Origin: Methanobacteriota archaeon
GTDB taxonomy: Archaea > Thermoplasmatota > Poseidoniia > Poseidoniales > Poseidoniaceae
Length of the DNA: 55,105 bases
Assembly (NCBI GenBank): GCA_011524855.1
Contig: WTJK01000062.1
Coordinates: 10,983-66,087 of the forward strand
Reading direction: 5' to 3'
Both the position numbers and the translations under genes were made by a program. The notes beneath the pieces were generated by a model. It was not told where the DNA came from, searched no databases, and worked only from the letters and a program-made list of their open reading frames with translations. Position 1 is the stretch's first letter. Each line of letters opens with the position of its first letter. This document shows positions 9,129-17,880 of this stretch, piece after piece.

Positions 9129-10253
9129 ATGAACGAGGGTGAACGCTTGGTTGTGCTCACCACGTCCTCCCAACAAGACGGTGTGCGAAGCCAGATTGAG
9201 AAAGCCGTCGGAACGCACGGAAAACACCGAGACCTGTTGATGAAGCAGGTTCCCCACGTATCCTCGGCTTTGCAGGCACTCCGGGACGGCCACGGCGACA
9301 TCGTGGCCTTGAGCGCTTTTGATTGGTTGAAAGAAGACACAGAGGGCCTGATGGTGGCTGGAGTCTTGCCTCGCAAGGAACCCACATGGGTGTTGGTTGG
9401 GCCCGACAAACCCGAATACCTCCCACTTGAAGCGGTCGTCGTCTGTGAACACGAACTCCTACGGCGCCAACTTCGAAGGTTGCGAGCCGATGTGGTGACC
9501 GTTGACAGGGAAGCGCTGGCCGAACAATGCGGCGAAATGGAACACTACAACACGCTGGAACCGCTCGAACGTTGGCCCTGGGTTGAAGAAAAGATGCAGC
9601 AAGGGCACATCTCCGGCTTCATTGTCCCTCGAGCCGTCCATACGGACGCCCGGATGAAATCACGACGCCACACGCTTGGCCTTCAGCGAGACCCTACGGA
9701 GCAAGACCGAGAACGGTTTGTCCCGCCTCCGCTTCACGGCTTTGCCTTGCTGGTGACGCGCCAAGGATTCCCTGCAAAGACGCTGGCTGACATGGCCGAC
9801 CCGAGTGCTTACCTCGCTTGGCGAATGGAGAGCAGCATGCGAGAAAGCATGGACAGCGACATGACCGAACTGGTGGGCATCCACGTCGAGCAACGCAAAC
9901 TTCGAACCATTCTCAAGAGCGCAAAAAACGACGGCGACGAGATGGTGCTTGATGCGCTTGTTGACCCCGAGCACCCCAACAAAAAGGTCCTGCGAGGCGG
10001 CCCACGCCTTGAATTCATGATCGAAACCCTTTCCCCTGACGGCGCCGTGACCGCATCTTGCCATCGAATCGTCGCTTCGGAGGACGGCCACATGGGGATG
10101 GTGAACGTGCTGAAGGAATTCACCCAACTCTTGGCCTTGATGACCACCGACCACGAAGCCATGAAGCGTGGCGTTCCGGGAATGCCACCAGCGTTCATGG
10201 ACCCTGCACCGCGCATGCTGAGCCTTCAAGACCAGCATCCGAGGGACGAATGA
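9129..10253 (+). CDS. Porphobilinogen deaminase (HemC)-like protein, probably catalytically degenerate
   Basis: ALQALRDGHGDIVALSAFD resembles LEVALLENRADIAVHSMKD; LPRKEP..VLV, LP..AVV, RRQLRRLRAD and FVPPPLHG follow HemC order; no cofactor Cys motif. Confidence 0.7.
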   Translation: MNEGERLVVLTTSSQQDGVRSQIEKAVGTHGKHRDLLMKQVPHVSSALQALRDGHGDIVALSAFDWLKEDTEGLMVAGVLPRKEPTWVLVGPDKPEYLPLEAVVVCEHELLRRQLRRLRADVVTVDREALAEQCGEMEHYNTLEPLERWPWVEEKMQQGHISGFIVPRAVHTDARMKSRRHTLGLQRDPTEQDRERFVPPPLHGFALLVTRQGFPAKTLADMADPSAYLAWRMESSMRESMDSDMTELVGIHVEQRKLRTILKSAKNDGDEMVLDALVDPEHPNKKVLRGGPRLEFMIETLSPDGAVTASCHRIVASEDGHMGMVNVLKEFTQLLALMTTDHEAMKRGVPGMPPAFMDPAPRMLSLQDQHPRDE

Positions 10254-10337
10254 AGGGCGAGAACCACGGCGTAATCGCTCGCTGGACCGAGAAGACATAT
10301 ATGCCTCGGAGCGTGAAAAACAATCAGCGGTGAGCCA

Positions 10338-12089
10338 ATGATTGACAAATCAGCCTTGCTCGGTCGCTTGTACCAAGCAAGGTTCGATGAGTTGAAGGCC
10401 ATCGCCGGCGAACACGCGGTCGCAAAAAACGGGTCGGTTGAAACGCTTCGCGCTCGGTTGATTCGACACGTCATCTTGGACGAGTGGGACCTCACGCCAG
10501 AGGCCATCCGAGCCATTGCGAACGCAGATTTGGGAGAGATCTTGGGTGTCTTCGGCATCAAAAAATCGGGCTCCATCAAGGCTCGGAGGCAGCGACTCTA
10601 CCTCCACCTGAACCATGACCCAAAACAGCTCAACCCCGAGAGTCTTGACGCCATGAACAAGGAGGAACTGCACGCGTTGTGCAAAGCGCTCGAACTTCCC
10701 CTTTCAGGTAGCAAACAAACCCTCCTTGTGCGGGTGGCGGGCGTTCTCTCAGCCCAAGAGCAAGGTTGGGGGAAAGTCAAGAAAAGCTTGCGCAGGCCAC
10801 GCGGTGCGTTGACCCTTCCGAAGATTCACACCCCCGACATCTCAGCGAAGGCTGAAGAACGGGCCGAGCCCGAGCCGACCGTGGCCTCGTTCGTTGAAGA
10901 CAACGACGAAGGCTGGTCGTTTGAAGAGGAGGTGGCGTTGAAAGAGGCCTTGTCGGACGACGCCCAAGCACCCTCACTTTCGGAAATCGACGCCATGCTT
11001 GTAACGGCGCGTCCCGATGCAACCACCTCGCCCGTGCCACCCATGGTTCAACACCCAACGATCGAGCCGCATCACAGCCTCGAAGTGGAGACAGCCCTCA
11101 TGGAAGTGCGCAGCCGAATGCCAGAGATTCACGCCTTTGCGCGTGATTTCTTGAGCGTCAGCACCACGACCAACGTGGACGATTTCAGAGCGTTCATCGG
11201 CTCGCTTCGCCATCATGGTTTTGCCACCGACCTGGCCCCTGTTCACGATGAAATCGCTCAAGCCATCATGAACCTCGACCACCAAATTCAACAAGAAAAA
11301 GGCGCCGCTGTGGCCCTGCCACGGTCATGGAGCGAGCGAGAAGCACTCCGACGTTTTGAGGACTTACGTGGGACGTTGCGAGAGCGAATGGAGGCTTCAC
11401 TCGCCCTCCATCCGACGGACACCGTCAAGGCGCGTATGGCGTTCGAAGCCGAGGCTCGTTCGCTGGGTTTGGACCTCCGTTTGCCCAGCATCTCTGGCCG
11501 ATTGCACGCGTTGTTTGATCTCCATGTTGAAATCAACGAAGCGCAAGCCTCCAGCAGTCCCGATGCGCTGCGTCGCCAGCGCATGCTTCGCATCCTCCAC
11601 CGCGGCGCAGTGCACCTCGCACACGGTGAACGCCTCACCGTTGAGCGAATCGAACGCAACCTCGTGTCCTTTGAGGAGTTGGTTCAAACCGTCCTTGAGC
11701 ACAGCGAAGATGGGTTTGGCGAAGCACAACAAGCGTTGGTCATTCGCTTTTTGGAAGGAAAGGGGTACGATGTCAACACGCCCAACCTCCGTCCTAGAGT
11801 CCTGGCATGCGCAGGAATCGTGGGGGCCGAGCTGGGGTACCTCTCGCCCAGTGAGATTCCAAAACTAGCACCAGGCATCCTCATCAGCGAAACAGAAGTC
11901 GACGCCATCGTCACCGAACTCAAGCACTTGGCTGCTTCCTTCAAGCCAACGACGGAAAACAACGAGACCGCTGAGGCATCAGAAGCCGATCACCAAGACG
12001 AAGCCGCCATCGAGGCAGCCTCGACGGTAGAACGCGTTCGAGGAACCATCGATCACATCGACGACCTGTTGAACCGATTGAAAGGATGA
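10338..12089 (+). CDS. Protein with three tandem SAP/HeH-like motifs and a long helical C-terminal region
   Basis: ELKAIAGEHAVAKNGSVETLRARL; DLGEILGVFGIKKSGSIKARRQRL; MNKEELHALCKALELPLSGSKQTLLVRV. Confidence 0.75.
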   Translation: MIDKSALLGRLYQARFDELKAIAGEHAVAKNGSVETLRARLIRHVILDEWDLTPEAIRAIANADLGEILGVFGIKKSGSIKARRQRLYLHLNHDPKQLNPESLDAMNKEELHALCKALELPLSGSKQTLLVRVAGVLSAQEQGWGKVKKSLRRPRGALTLPKIHTPDISAKAEERAEPEPTVASFVEDNDEGWSFEEEVALKEALSDDAQAPSLSEIDAMLVTARPDATTSPVPPMVQHPTIEPHHSLEVETALMEVRSRMPEIHAFARDFLSVSTTTNVDDFRAFIGSLRHHGFATDLAPVHDEIAQAIMNLDHQIQQEKGAAVALPRSWSEREALRRFEDLRGTLRERMEASLALHPTDTVKARMAFEAEARSLGLDLRLPSISGRLHALFDLHVEINEAQASSSPDALRRQRMLRILHRGAVHLAHGERLTVERIERNLVSFEELVQTVLEHSEDGFGEAQQALVIRFLEGKGYDVNTPNLRPRVLACAGIVGAELGYLSPSEIPKLAPGILISETEVDAIVTELKHLAASFKPTTENNETAEASEADHQDEAAIEAASTVERVRGTIDHIDDLLNRLKG

Positions 12090-12119
12090 ACCGCACATCG
12101 GCGTCAGCATCGTCTGGGA

Positions 12120-13376
12120 TCAATGCCCTTGACGTGCGTAGAAATTCTGGATCACGGAGGTGACCGTCTGAATGTCGCTGATGCCACGAGCGCACAAGTC
12201 CTCGATGATGGCTTGCCGTTGCGACACGTGGCGTTCGAACACGTCGGGTGTCACACCTGCTGCGTTGCAAATGGTTTCTCGAAGTTTGGAGGGGATGCCG
12301 GTCTCCTCGATCTGGTCCGTGGCCGCGTTGTACTTCCAGATGGCGTTCAGACGAGGCTTTTCACCCTCCATACCGGCGATTTCTGCTACTTCCGTGATCT
12401 TCCTCGCCGTTTTCCCGTTTACGTGAAGTCGTGCTTGAATGATGATCAGGTCAAGCCCGCTGAGCATGATCGGAGGGACGTTCATGGGGGGATTGATCAT
12501 CCTCGTGACCGTCTCCTGAGCCGTGTTGGCGTGCAAGGAACCGAACGAACCGTCGTGACCGGTGTTCATCGCCGTCAAAAGGGTCGCACACTCAGGTCCA
12601 CGGACCTCACCAACGATGATTCGGTCGGGTCGCATGCGCAAACTGGATTTCAAACAGTCGTTCATGTCGACCTCAGGGGTCCCGTCGGGCCGTTCTCGGC
12701 GGGTTTCCATGCGCAGCCAGTGGTCGTGATACACCTGCAATTCAGCCGTATCTTCCACGGTGAGCAAACGTCGCGACCAAGGAATGTACATCCCAAGGCA
12801 GTTGAGTGTGGTGGTCTTACCGGAGCCTGTACCTCCTGCGATAACAAAGTTGGCTGGTCGACTGTCCAAGCCTTCAATCCAGACCCACATCATGGCTGCC
12901 AGGCGTGAATTCACGGTTCCAAAGTTCACCAAATCAATCATCGTCAGAGGGTCTTCCTTGAACTTACGAATGGTTAGGGTTGGACCGTCCGGTGACACCG
13001 GGGGGATGGTACCGTTGACACGAGAACCGTCGGGCAAGCGACCGTCGAAAATGGGAACCAAACCCGGTCCGTCACCCAACGGGACGTTGGTGAACGAAGC
13101 GATGTTCTTGGCGATTTGAAGACCGGAGTCGTCGTCAATCCAAATGTTTGTTCGGCACATGCCATGGTTGCGGTGCGCCACCTTCACGCATTGCGTGCCA
13201 CCGTTGTACATCACTTCCTCAAGAGCATCGTCCTCAAACAGCGCGGCCAGGTCACCGTAGGGGTTCGGCTCAATGTTCCCGTCCACGTGGTAAATCGGCG
13301 AGGGGTGGTTCGCTTCCGTGTAGATGGTCACGCGACCGTATTGTTCCAAAATTTGTTCCGACATGTCAACCACCAA
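12120..13376 (-). CDS. Type II/IV secretion (VirB11/TadA/ArlI family) assembly ATPase
   Basis: DGRLPDGSRV, TIRKF, Walker A GGTGSGKTT, Asp box VEDTAEL, LRMRPDRIIVGEVRG, His box TGH...LHAN. Start 13376 (GTG) or 13364 (ATG). Confidence 0.95.
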   Translation of the reverse strand: MVVDMSEQILEQYGRVTIYTEANHPSPIYHVDGNIEPNPYGDLAALFEDDALEEVMYNGGTQCVKVAHRNHGMCRTNIWIDDDSGLQIAKNIASFTNVPLGDGPGLVPIFDGRLPDGSRVNGTIPPVSPDGPTLTIRKFKEDPLTMIDLVNFGTVNSRLAAMMWVWIEGLDSRPANFVIAGGTGSGKTTTLNCLGMYIPWSRRLLTVEDTAELQVYHDHWLRMETRRERPDGTPEVDMNDCLKSSLRMRPDRIIVGEVRGPECATLLTAMNTGHDGSFGSLHANTAQETVTRMINPPMNVPPIMLSGLDLIIIQARLHVNGKTARKITEVAEIAGMEGEKPRLNAIWKYNAATDQIEETGIPSKLRETICNAAGVTPDVFERHVSQRQAIIEDLCARGISDIQTVTSVIQNFYARQGH

Positions 13377-14097
13377 CCAATTTCACAGCACCAAGATACA
13401 AGCCCATGGAGAGTGCCATCCACATGGGAAGCCACCAGAGCACGTCCTTGAGACGACCCATCATGCGGCCAGAGACCCCCACGCCGATGGCCGATGCAGC
13501 AGCGAAGAACAGCGCGAAGGTGTTGTTGAAGGCGGTGATTTGGTAGCCTTGACTGGCGGGTGCAAACAACCCCACAATGAACGCAATCAAGACGGGAAGC
13601 CCGACGCTCACAAAGAGAATGATCAGAATACCTCGGCCCTGAAGCTCGCTCTCTCGTCGATTCATCAAATCGTTGAGACGCTCGTAATCCATGCTGAGGT
13701 CGGAAAGAATGTCACGCAGTGAGGAGTCCTGCTGAATCGCCGTTTCAAGCAAAACCATCACCCGCTGGACCTGACTGGACCTGGATTTGGCAGCAAAGGA
13801 GGCAAGCGATGCTTCAAAGGACGAAGCATGGCTTTCCTTCAGGGTTTCAGCGAGGAGTTGAGCAAGGGGTCCGTCGTTCGCAGTGGATTGCTCCATCATC
13901 GCTTCCTGAAGACCGCGGCCTGCGCCCACCGAATCGGAAAGGGCCTCGAGGAACGAGGGCAGTTCGTTTTCGATGGTACGACGTCGAGACCGTTCCCGCA
14001 TGGGCGGGATGCCACCGCCCGCAAACCCCAATCCCAGAACGAGCAAAAACAGCAACAACGGTGTGTCGTTGAAGGATTCGATGATGCCAAAAATCAC
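13366..14097 (-). CDS. Type II secretion system F / TadB-TadC-like membrane platform protein
   Basis: TM-RRR.IENELP.FL..L...V.AG.GL.EA pattern followed by three TM segments; overlaps the ATPase start. Confidence 0.85.
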   Translation of the reverse strand: MIFGIIESFNDTPLLLFLLVLGLGFAGGGIPPMRERSRRRTIENELPSFLEALSDSVGAGRGLQEAMMEQSTANDGPLAQLLAETLKESHASSFEASLASFAAKSRSSQVQRVMVLLETAIQQDSSLRDILSDLSMDYERLNDLMNRRESELQGRGILIILFVSVGLPVLIAFIVGLFAPASQGYQITAFNNTFALFFAAASAIGVGVSGRMMGRLKDVLWWLPMWMALSMGLYLGAVKLVGG

Positions 14098-14106
14098 GAC
14101 AACACC

Positions 14107-14697
14107 TCACAAACCCGGGTCTTTGGTGTGAGCTTTGAGCCCGATGAAGAACATGGCCACCAGCGTCATCACCAGCCCCATGTTGACAACGCCAGCGATC
14201 ACCGCTGGGTCTGGCAGCGACATGAACGAACCCAAATCACCCGACATCAACTGGGGGACAAGCCCAACGATGGACAAGATGATGGGGCCAATCATGCCAA
14301 TGGAGAGCAAGGTTTCAGGAACACCTCCCAATTCTTCAATGTACTTCTCCACGGCTTCGCTGCGCTCTTCTTCCATGCGCGTGCCTTGTTTCTTGAGGGT
14401 CTCAACCAAGTCGGTGTTCTGTGTCACGTTGGTGTACAGCGTGTTCAAGAGACGCTTGTAGCCCGGTGATTCAGCACTCTTCATGAGCTGTTTGAGCTGC
14501 TTGTCAAGACCGCCTCCGGATCCCTTTCGTAGCCGCTTCATCAGTCCCGCGAAATCCTCCGAAATGATGCCGTACCCGCCTTGACCGATGGTGTGGATGG
14601 CTGCCTCAAGACCCACACCCGAGGACATCAAGACGTCGAACGTGCGAATCACGTAGAGCAATTCTCGCTTTTCATCAAGCAGCCGCATGTTGCTCAC
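14107..14697 (-). CDS. Type II secretion system F / TadB-TadC-like membrane platform protein
   Basis: ELLYVIR.F.VLMSSGVGLEAAI..I..GGYG.IS..F and EKYIEEL followed by two TM segments. Confidence 0.82.
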   Translation of the reverse strand: MSNMRLLDEKRELLYVIRTFDVLMSSGVGLEAAIHTIGQGGYGIISEDFAGLMKRLRKGSGGGLDKQLKQLMKSAESPGYKRLLNTLYTNVTQNTDLVETLKKQGTRMEEERSEAVEKYIEELGGVPETLLSIGMIGPIILSIVGLVPQLMSGDLGSFMSLPDPAVIAGVVNMGLVMTLVAMFFIGLKAHTKDPGL

Positions 14698-14701
14698 CGG
14701 T

Positions 14702-15055
14702 TCAAATCACGTCTTCCAGGAGTTCAAAGTGGAACGATTCGTTCGAGCTGTCGTATTCCATCACGGCAAAGATGACTTTGACATCTCGCTCTTCGAAGGG
14801 GTCGTGAATGTAGGGCTGACCCGTTCGGAACATGGCGACAATGCGCTTGTATTCATCAATGGTCAATTCGCCATTGATCGTGTACATGGTCGACTCCGAG
14901 CCTTCATCGTGAAGGTCGTCACCCTCCTGACCACGAACCACGGTTCGGGTGAGTCTGCGTGTCATGCGCACCTTGATGTCTGCGTTCGCAATACGAATCC
15001 AGTCTGAACTGGATGTCCCGGTCGCTGGTCGAATAAAGAAATCCATTCCGGCCAT
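14702..15055 (-). CDS. 117-aa hypothetical protein resembling the phage tail-tube-like GpU / DNA-circularisation N-terminal fold
   Basis: GGGGTT RBS-like element upstream, 4-bp gap to the next gene; RRLTRTVVRGQEGDDLHDEGSES..YTINGEL...MFRTGQP...FHFELLED. The fold call is by eye only. Confidence 0.6.
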   Translation of the reverse strand: MAGMDFFIRPATGTSSSDWIRIANADIKVRMTRRLTRTVVRGQEGDDLHDEGSESTMYTINGELTIDEYKRIVAMFRTGQPYIHDPFEERDVKVIFAVMEYDSSNESFHFELLEDVI

Positions 15056-15110
15056 GGTGTAACCCCTGCTTCTCCGACATGTCCATCGGGACTTGAATGT
15101 GTTGGCACCC

Positions 15111-16028
15111 TCAATCGGCAGCAACGGCTCTGAACCATCCGAAACGTGGCTCCTCAAGTTGACCGGCTTCGACCATTTCGTCCAGAACCTGCTCAGCCAC
15201 CTCGCGGGCATGGCCTCGAGAAGCGGCATTTTTCAGCACGGTGTCAAAGTCAACGCCTTCGCCCTGGTCGAGTTGTCGAACGGCTTGAAGCAGGAAGGTA
15301 CGGAGGCCGTCACTGCCCGTGGCATCCCCGCTATCATCGCCTTCTTCTGGAAGAGACATCATCGGTGGCGGCGTTGTGGCTGCCTCAAGGCGACCTTCGG
15401 CGATGTCCAACGCTTGCATCAGGTTGAGTTTGAACGGTTCAACGTCCACTTCCCCGTAGTGATTGCGAGCCAACAACAAACTCTCCGGGAGTTCGGCTCG
15501 ACGGTAGGCGTCCATCGTCGGCTCAACCTCCATGGAAGCCGTGAACTGGTTCATTCGCTGCATGGTGGCATCGCATGCATCCAACAGCCAATTGGCGTAC
15601 ACCTCACGCGTGACGATCGATGCCTCTTCGGGGCGCAGCGACGTGTACACCGCACCCTCATCGGTTTGGTACCAACGGCTTTTGGCCACCATCATCACCA
15701 GCAACGGCTCCCCGTCGTCCAATCGCTCGGCCCAATCGTGGGCTTGTTCACGGATGACCTCCGAGTTGTAATCGCCGATCGAGAAGTAATGCAAACCGGA
15801 CGGGTCTCGAATCTGCCCTTGGAACATGGAGGCTCCGGAACTGGTCTCTCTCAATTCCATTCGCTCGAGCAAACCGGCAGCTACCAAACGGTTGACCTTG
15901 GCTCCAAGTTTGGTGATGATAAACGACGGATCGTACTCTCCTGAGCCTTTCTCATGAAGGGTGGCGCTACCAAACTCAGCCGCCAACAAGAGGTGAGCCG
16001 GTTGCCGCTGGATGCGAGGGCGCTCCAT
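15111..16028 (-). CDS. RPA-associated protein / RPA small subunit (OB fold + C-terminal winged helix)
   Basis: RQPA..LLAAEF, P.FIITKLGAKVNRL..AG, IRDPSG, SLRPE; C-terminal wHTH-like LDEMVEAGQLEEPRFGWFR; TGATG coupling to rpa. Confidence 0.88.
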   Translation of the reverse strand: MERPRIQRQPAHLLLAAEFGSATLHEKGSGEYDPSFIITKLGAKVNRLVAAGLLERMELRETSSGASMFQGQIRDPSGLHYFSIGDYNSEVIREQAHDWAERLDDGEPLLVMMVAKSRWYQTDEGAVYTSLRPEEASIVTREVYANWLLDACDATMQRMNQFTASMEVEPTMDAYRRAELPESLLLARNHYGEVDVEPFKLNLMQALDIAEGRLEAATTPPPMMSLPEEGDDSGDATGSDGLRTFLLQAVRQLDQGEGVDFDTVLKNAASRGHAREVAEQVLDEMVEAGQLEEPRFGWFRAVAAD

Positions 16029-17719
16029 CACGACCACCCCCACTGGGTTCGAAGCTCAGTCGCACGAAGTTGGGCATCGCCCCCGACCAAAGCCACGGCA
16101 TCGGCCAAAATCATCGCTCCTTGATCGTCCACGATGCTCCGGCCGTTGACCGTGAGGTTGCGGCCAAGCAAGCGCTCACGAACCGCCTGAACAAAACCGA
16201 CTTCGCCCATTTCATCAACTTGTGATCGCATCGCAGCCTCGTTCATTTCCAACACCGCCAATGAGGCATCTTTGTTGACCAAAACCGCTGCAGTGGCCGA
16301 CCCAGCAGCATCAACCACCAAACGAAGACGAACGTCTTCGGTCCCTTCGTTCACACCGTGATCGAAACACGCACCGTCCCTCAGCACACGTCGACATTCG
16401 GTGCAACGACGGATGAACCCTGAATCTTCGCGTACGCTCACAACCATGCCCTCCGTTTTGAGACCCACACGACTCGGGCCTGCAACAACATCGGTCAGGG
16501 CCACCTCAACGGCGTGATTGCTTAGATCAACCGCTTCGTCCCATGGCGGGGCGGCCAGCACCTCAACCTGAGCAGCGGTGTCCACCGTAATGTCGGGGAT
16601 ACCTTGCCAAGCACGTACACGGACACCTTTGAGCCGCACCGTGACGGGTAAATCGGCTGATTCGATGGGCAGTTCTTCCCAAGCGCTCATGCGGCAGCGT
16701 CCGGAAGGGTCTGCGATCTGTCCGGACCACAGGAATTTCTCGACCCCGTCCCTTGTGAAACTGCGCTTGTTCCACTCAAGGATTTGAACGACCGTATCAA
16801 CGTCCCGAGACCCGTCCCTGAGTTGAGCCACGGTCTGCACGGTCTGTTCAGCCAGTGTACTCAAATCAGCGAACTGAGCATCATGGTACACCTCGATTCG
16901 GGTGGTGCGTCCGAAATTCAGCTCAGGCGTGTCCCGGAAGGAACGAACCTGCGCACCGTCGATCTTGAGCAACGCCCCTACTTCGTGGTCAAACGGCTCC
17001 CATGACAGGAATCCAATGGTTCCCGTGGCGTCAGCGATTCGGCCCCGAACAACGTCGATGGAACCCGAACCGTCCTTGCGGTGAATCTGATCGGGTCGCG
17101 ACGCCAGTACACGGCCGACGACACACACGTAACCGTCGGCGGGGAGGTCGACGACATCCACAGGGTCGTTGGTCGCCATCGTCGTACCGGTGCCTTCCTT
17201 CAAAACCACCACACGCGTGGATTGGTTGATGTTCAAGGACATTTTTCCGTTGTACTCGTTGACACTGGCGCCTTCCAAGCGAACAATGCTCCCTGCGGTG
17301 AGTTGAGGGCTGGGCCCCCAGTCTTTGTAGTCCCAGCGCGTCCCGGGCGTTCCCTCGTTCCACGGGTCGTCTTCCAGCATGCCAAACACGATTTGGCGTT
17401 CTTCGCCGCGAATCAACTGGTCCCGAACGTTGTGTGTGATGATTTTCACTTCAACTTCAACATCACGATCGCTGCCCGAAAGTTCGCTGAGAGCGCTGAC
17501 CTTCTTTGTCGGTGTTGAAGTTCGGTTGTTCGTGGTGGATGATTTGCCGGGCGAGGTCCCCGATTGGAACCGACGCACCACCGAGCGCATGGCGTCCTGA
17601 GGAGGAATGTAGAACTCCTCTTCGTACTTCTTGAACGCTTCAGCCACCTCACCGGGATCGGCATCGGCACATTCCTTGATGACAGCGGCGACGTAATCCG
17701 CATACTTTTCTTCAGACAT
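16028..17719 (-). CDS. rpa: Replication protein A large subunit (multiple OB folds + Zn finger)
   Basis: Repeated OB motifs (GRIADATGTI.F..W; GQIADPSGRCRMSAW), SGFIRRCTECRRVL..G.C..HG, D.RLRLVVD. Confidence 0.9.
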   Translation of the reverse strand: MSEEKYADYVAAVIKECADADPGEVAEAFKKYEEEFYIPPQDAMRSVVRRFQSGTSPGKSSTTNNRTSTPTKKVSALSELSGSDRDVEVEVKIITHNVRDQLIRGEERQIVFGMLEDDPWNEGTPGTRWDYKDWGPSPQLTAGSIVRLEGASVNEYNGKMSLNINQSTRVVVLKEGTGTTMATNDPVDVVDLPADGYVCVVGRVLASRPDQIHRKDGSGSIDVVRGRIADATGTIGFLSWEPFDHEVGALLKIDGAQVRSFRDTPELNFGRTTRIEVYHDAQFADLSTLAEQTVQTVAQLRDGSRDVDTVVQILEWNKRSFTRDGVEKFLWSGQIADPSGRCRMSAWEELPIESADLPVTVRLKGVRVRAWQGIPDITVDTAAQVEVLAAPPWDEAVDLSNHAVEVALTDVVAGPSRVGLKTEGMVVSVREDSGFIRRCTECRRVLRDGACFDHGVNEGTEDVRLRLVVDAAGSATAAVLVNKDASLAVLEMNEAAMRSQVDEMGEVGFVQAVRERLLGRNLTVNGRSIVDDQGAMILADAVALVGGDAQLRATELRTQWGWS

Positions 17720-17833
17720 GTGCCGAACCCCCGTTCAGCGCGTTCGGTTGCCATCGCATGGAAACGACGGTGTTGGGCTTTTGTGCGGTTTGGTGAAGAC
17801 AATACACTCCCTTTGACCTCCTTGGGCCTTTCA

Positions 17834-17862
17834 ACTCCCGACGACGGGGTATAAACAATCCC
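17834..17862 (-). promoter_or_regulatory. TATA-containing 29-bp element upstream of rpa, shared with gyrB
   Basis: Minus strand GGGATTGTTTATACCCCGTCGTCGGGAGT; 24/29 identical to 35219-35247. Confidence 0.6.
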
Positions 17863-17880
17863 ACAGGAGGGTTTGTGAAC

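Noticed and set aside
14702-15055. Possible prophage or contractile injection system suggested by the tail-like protein
   Set aside because: No sheath, baseplate, capsid, terminase, integrase or att-like repeats are visible, and the flanks are housekeeping genes.
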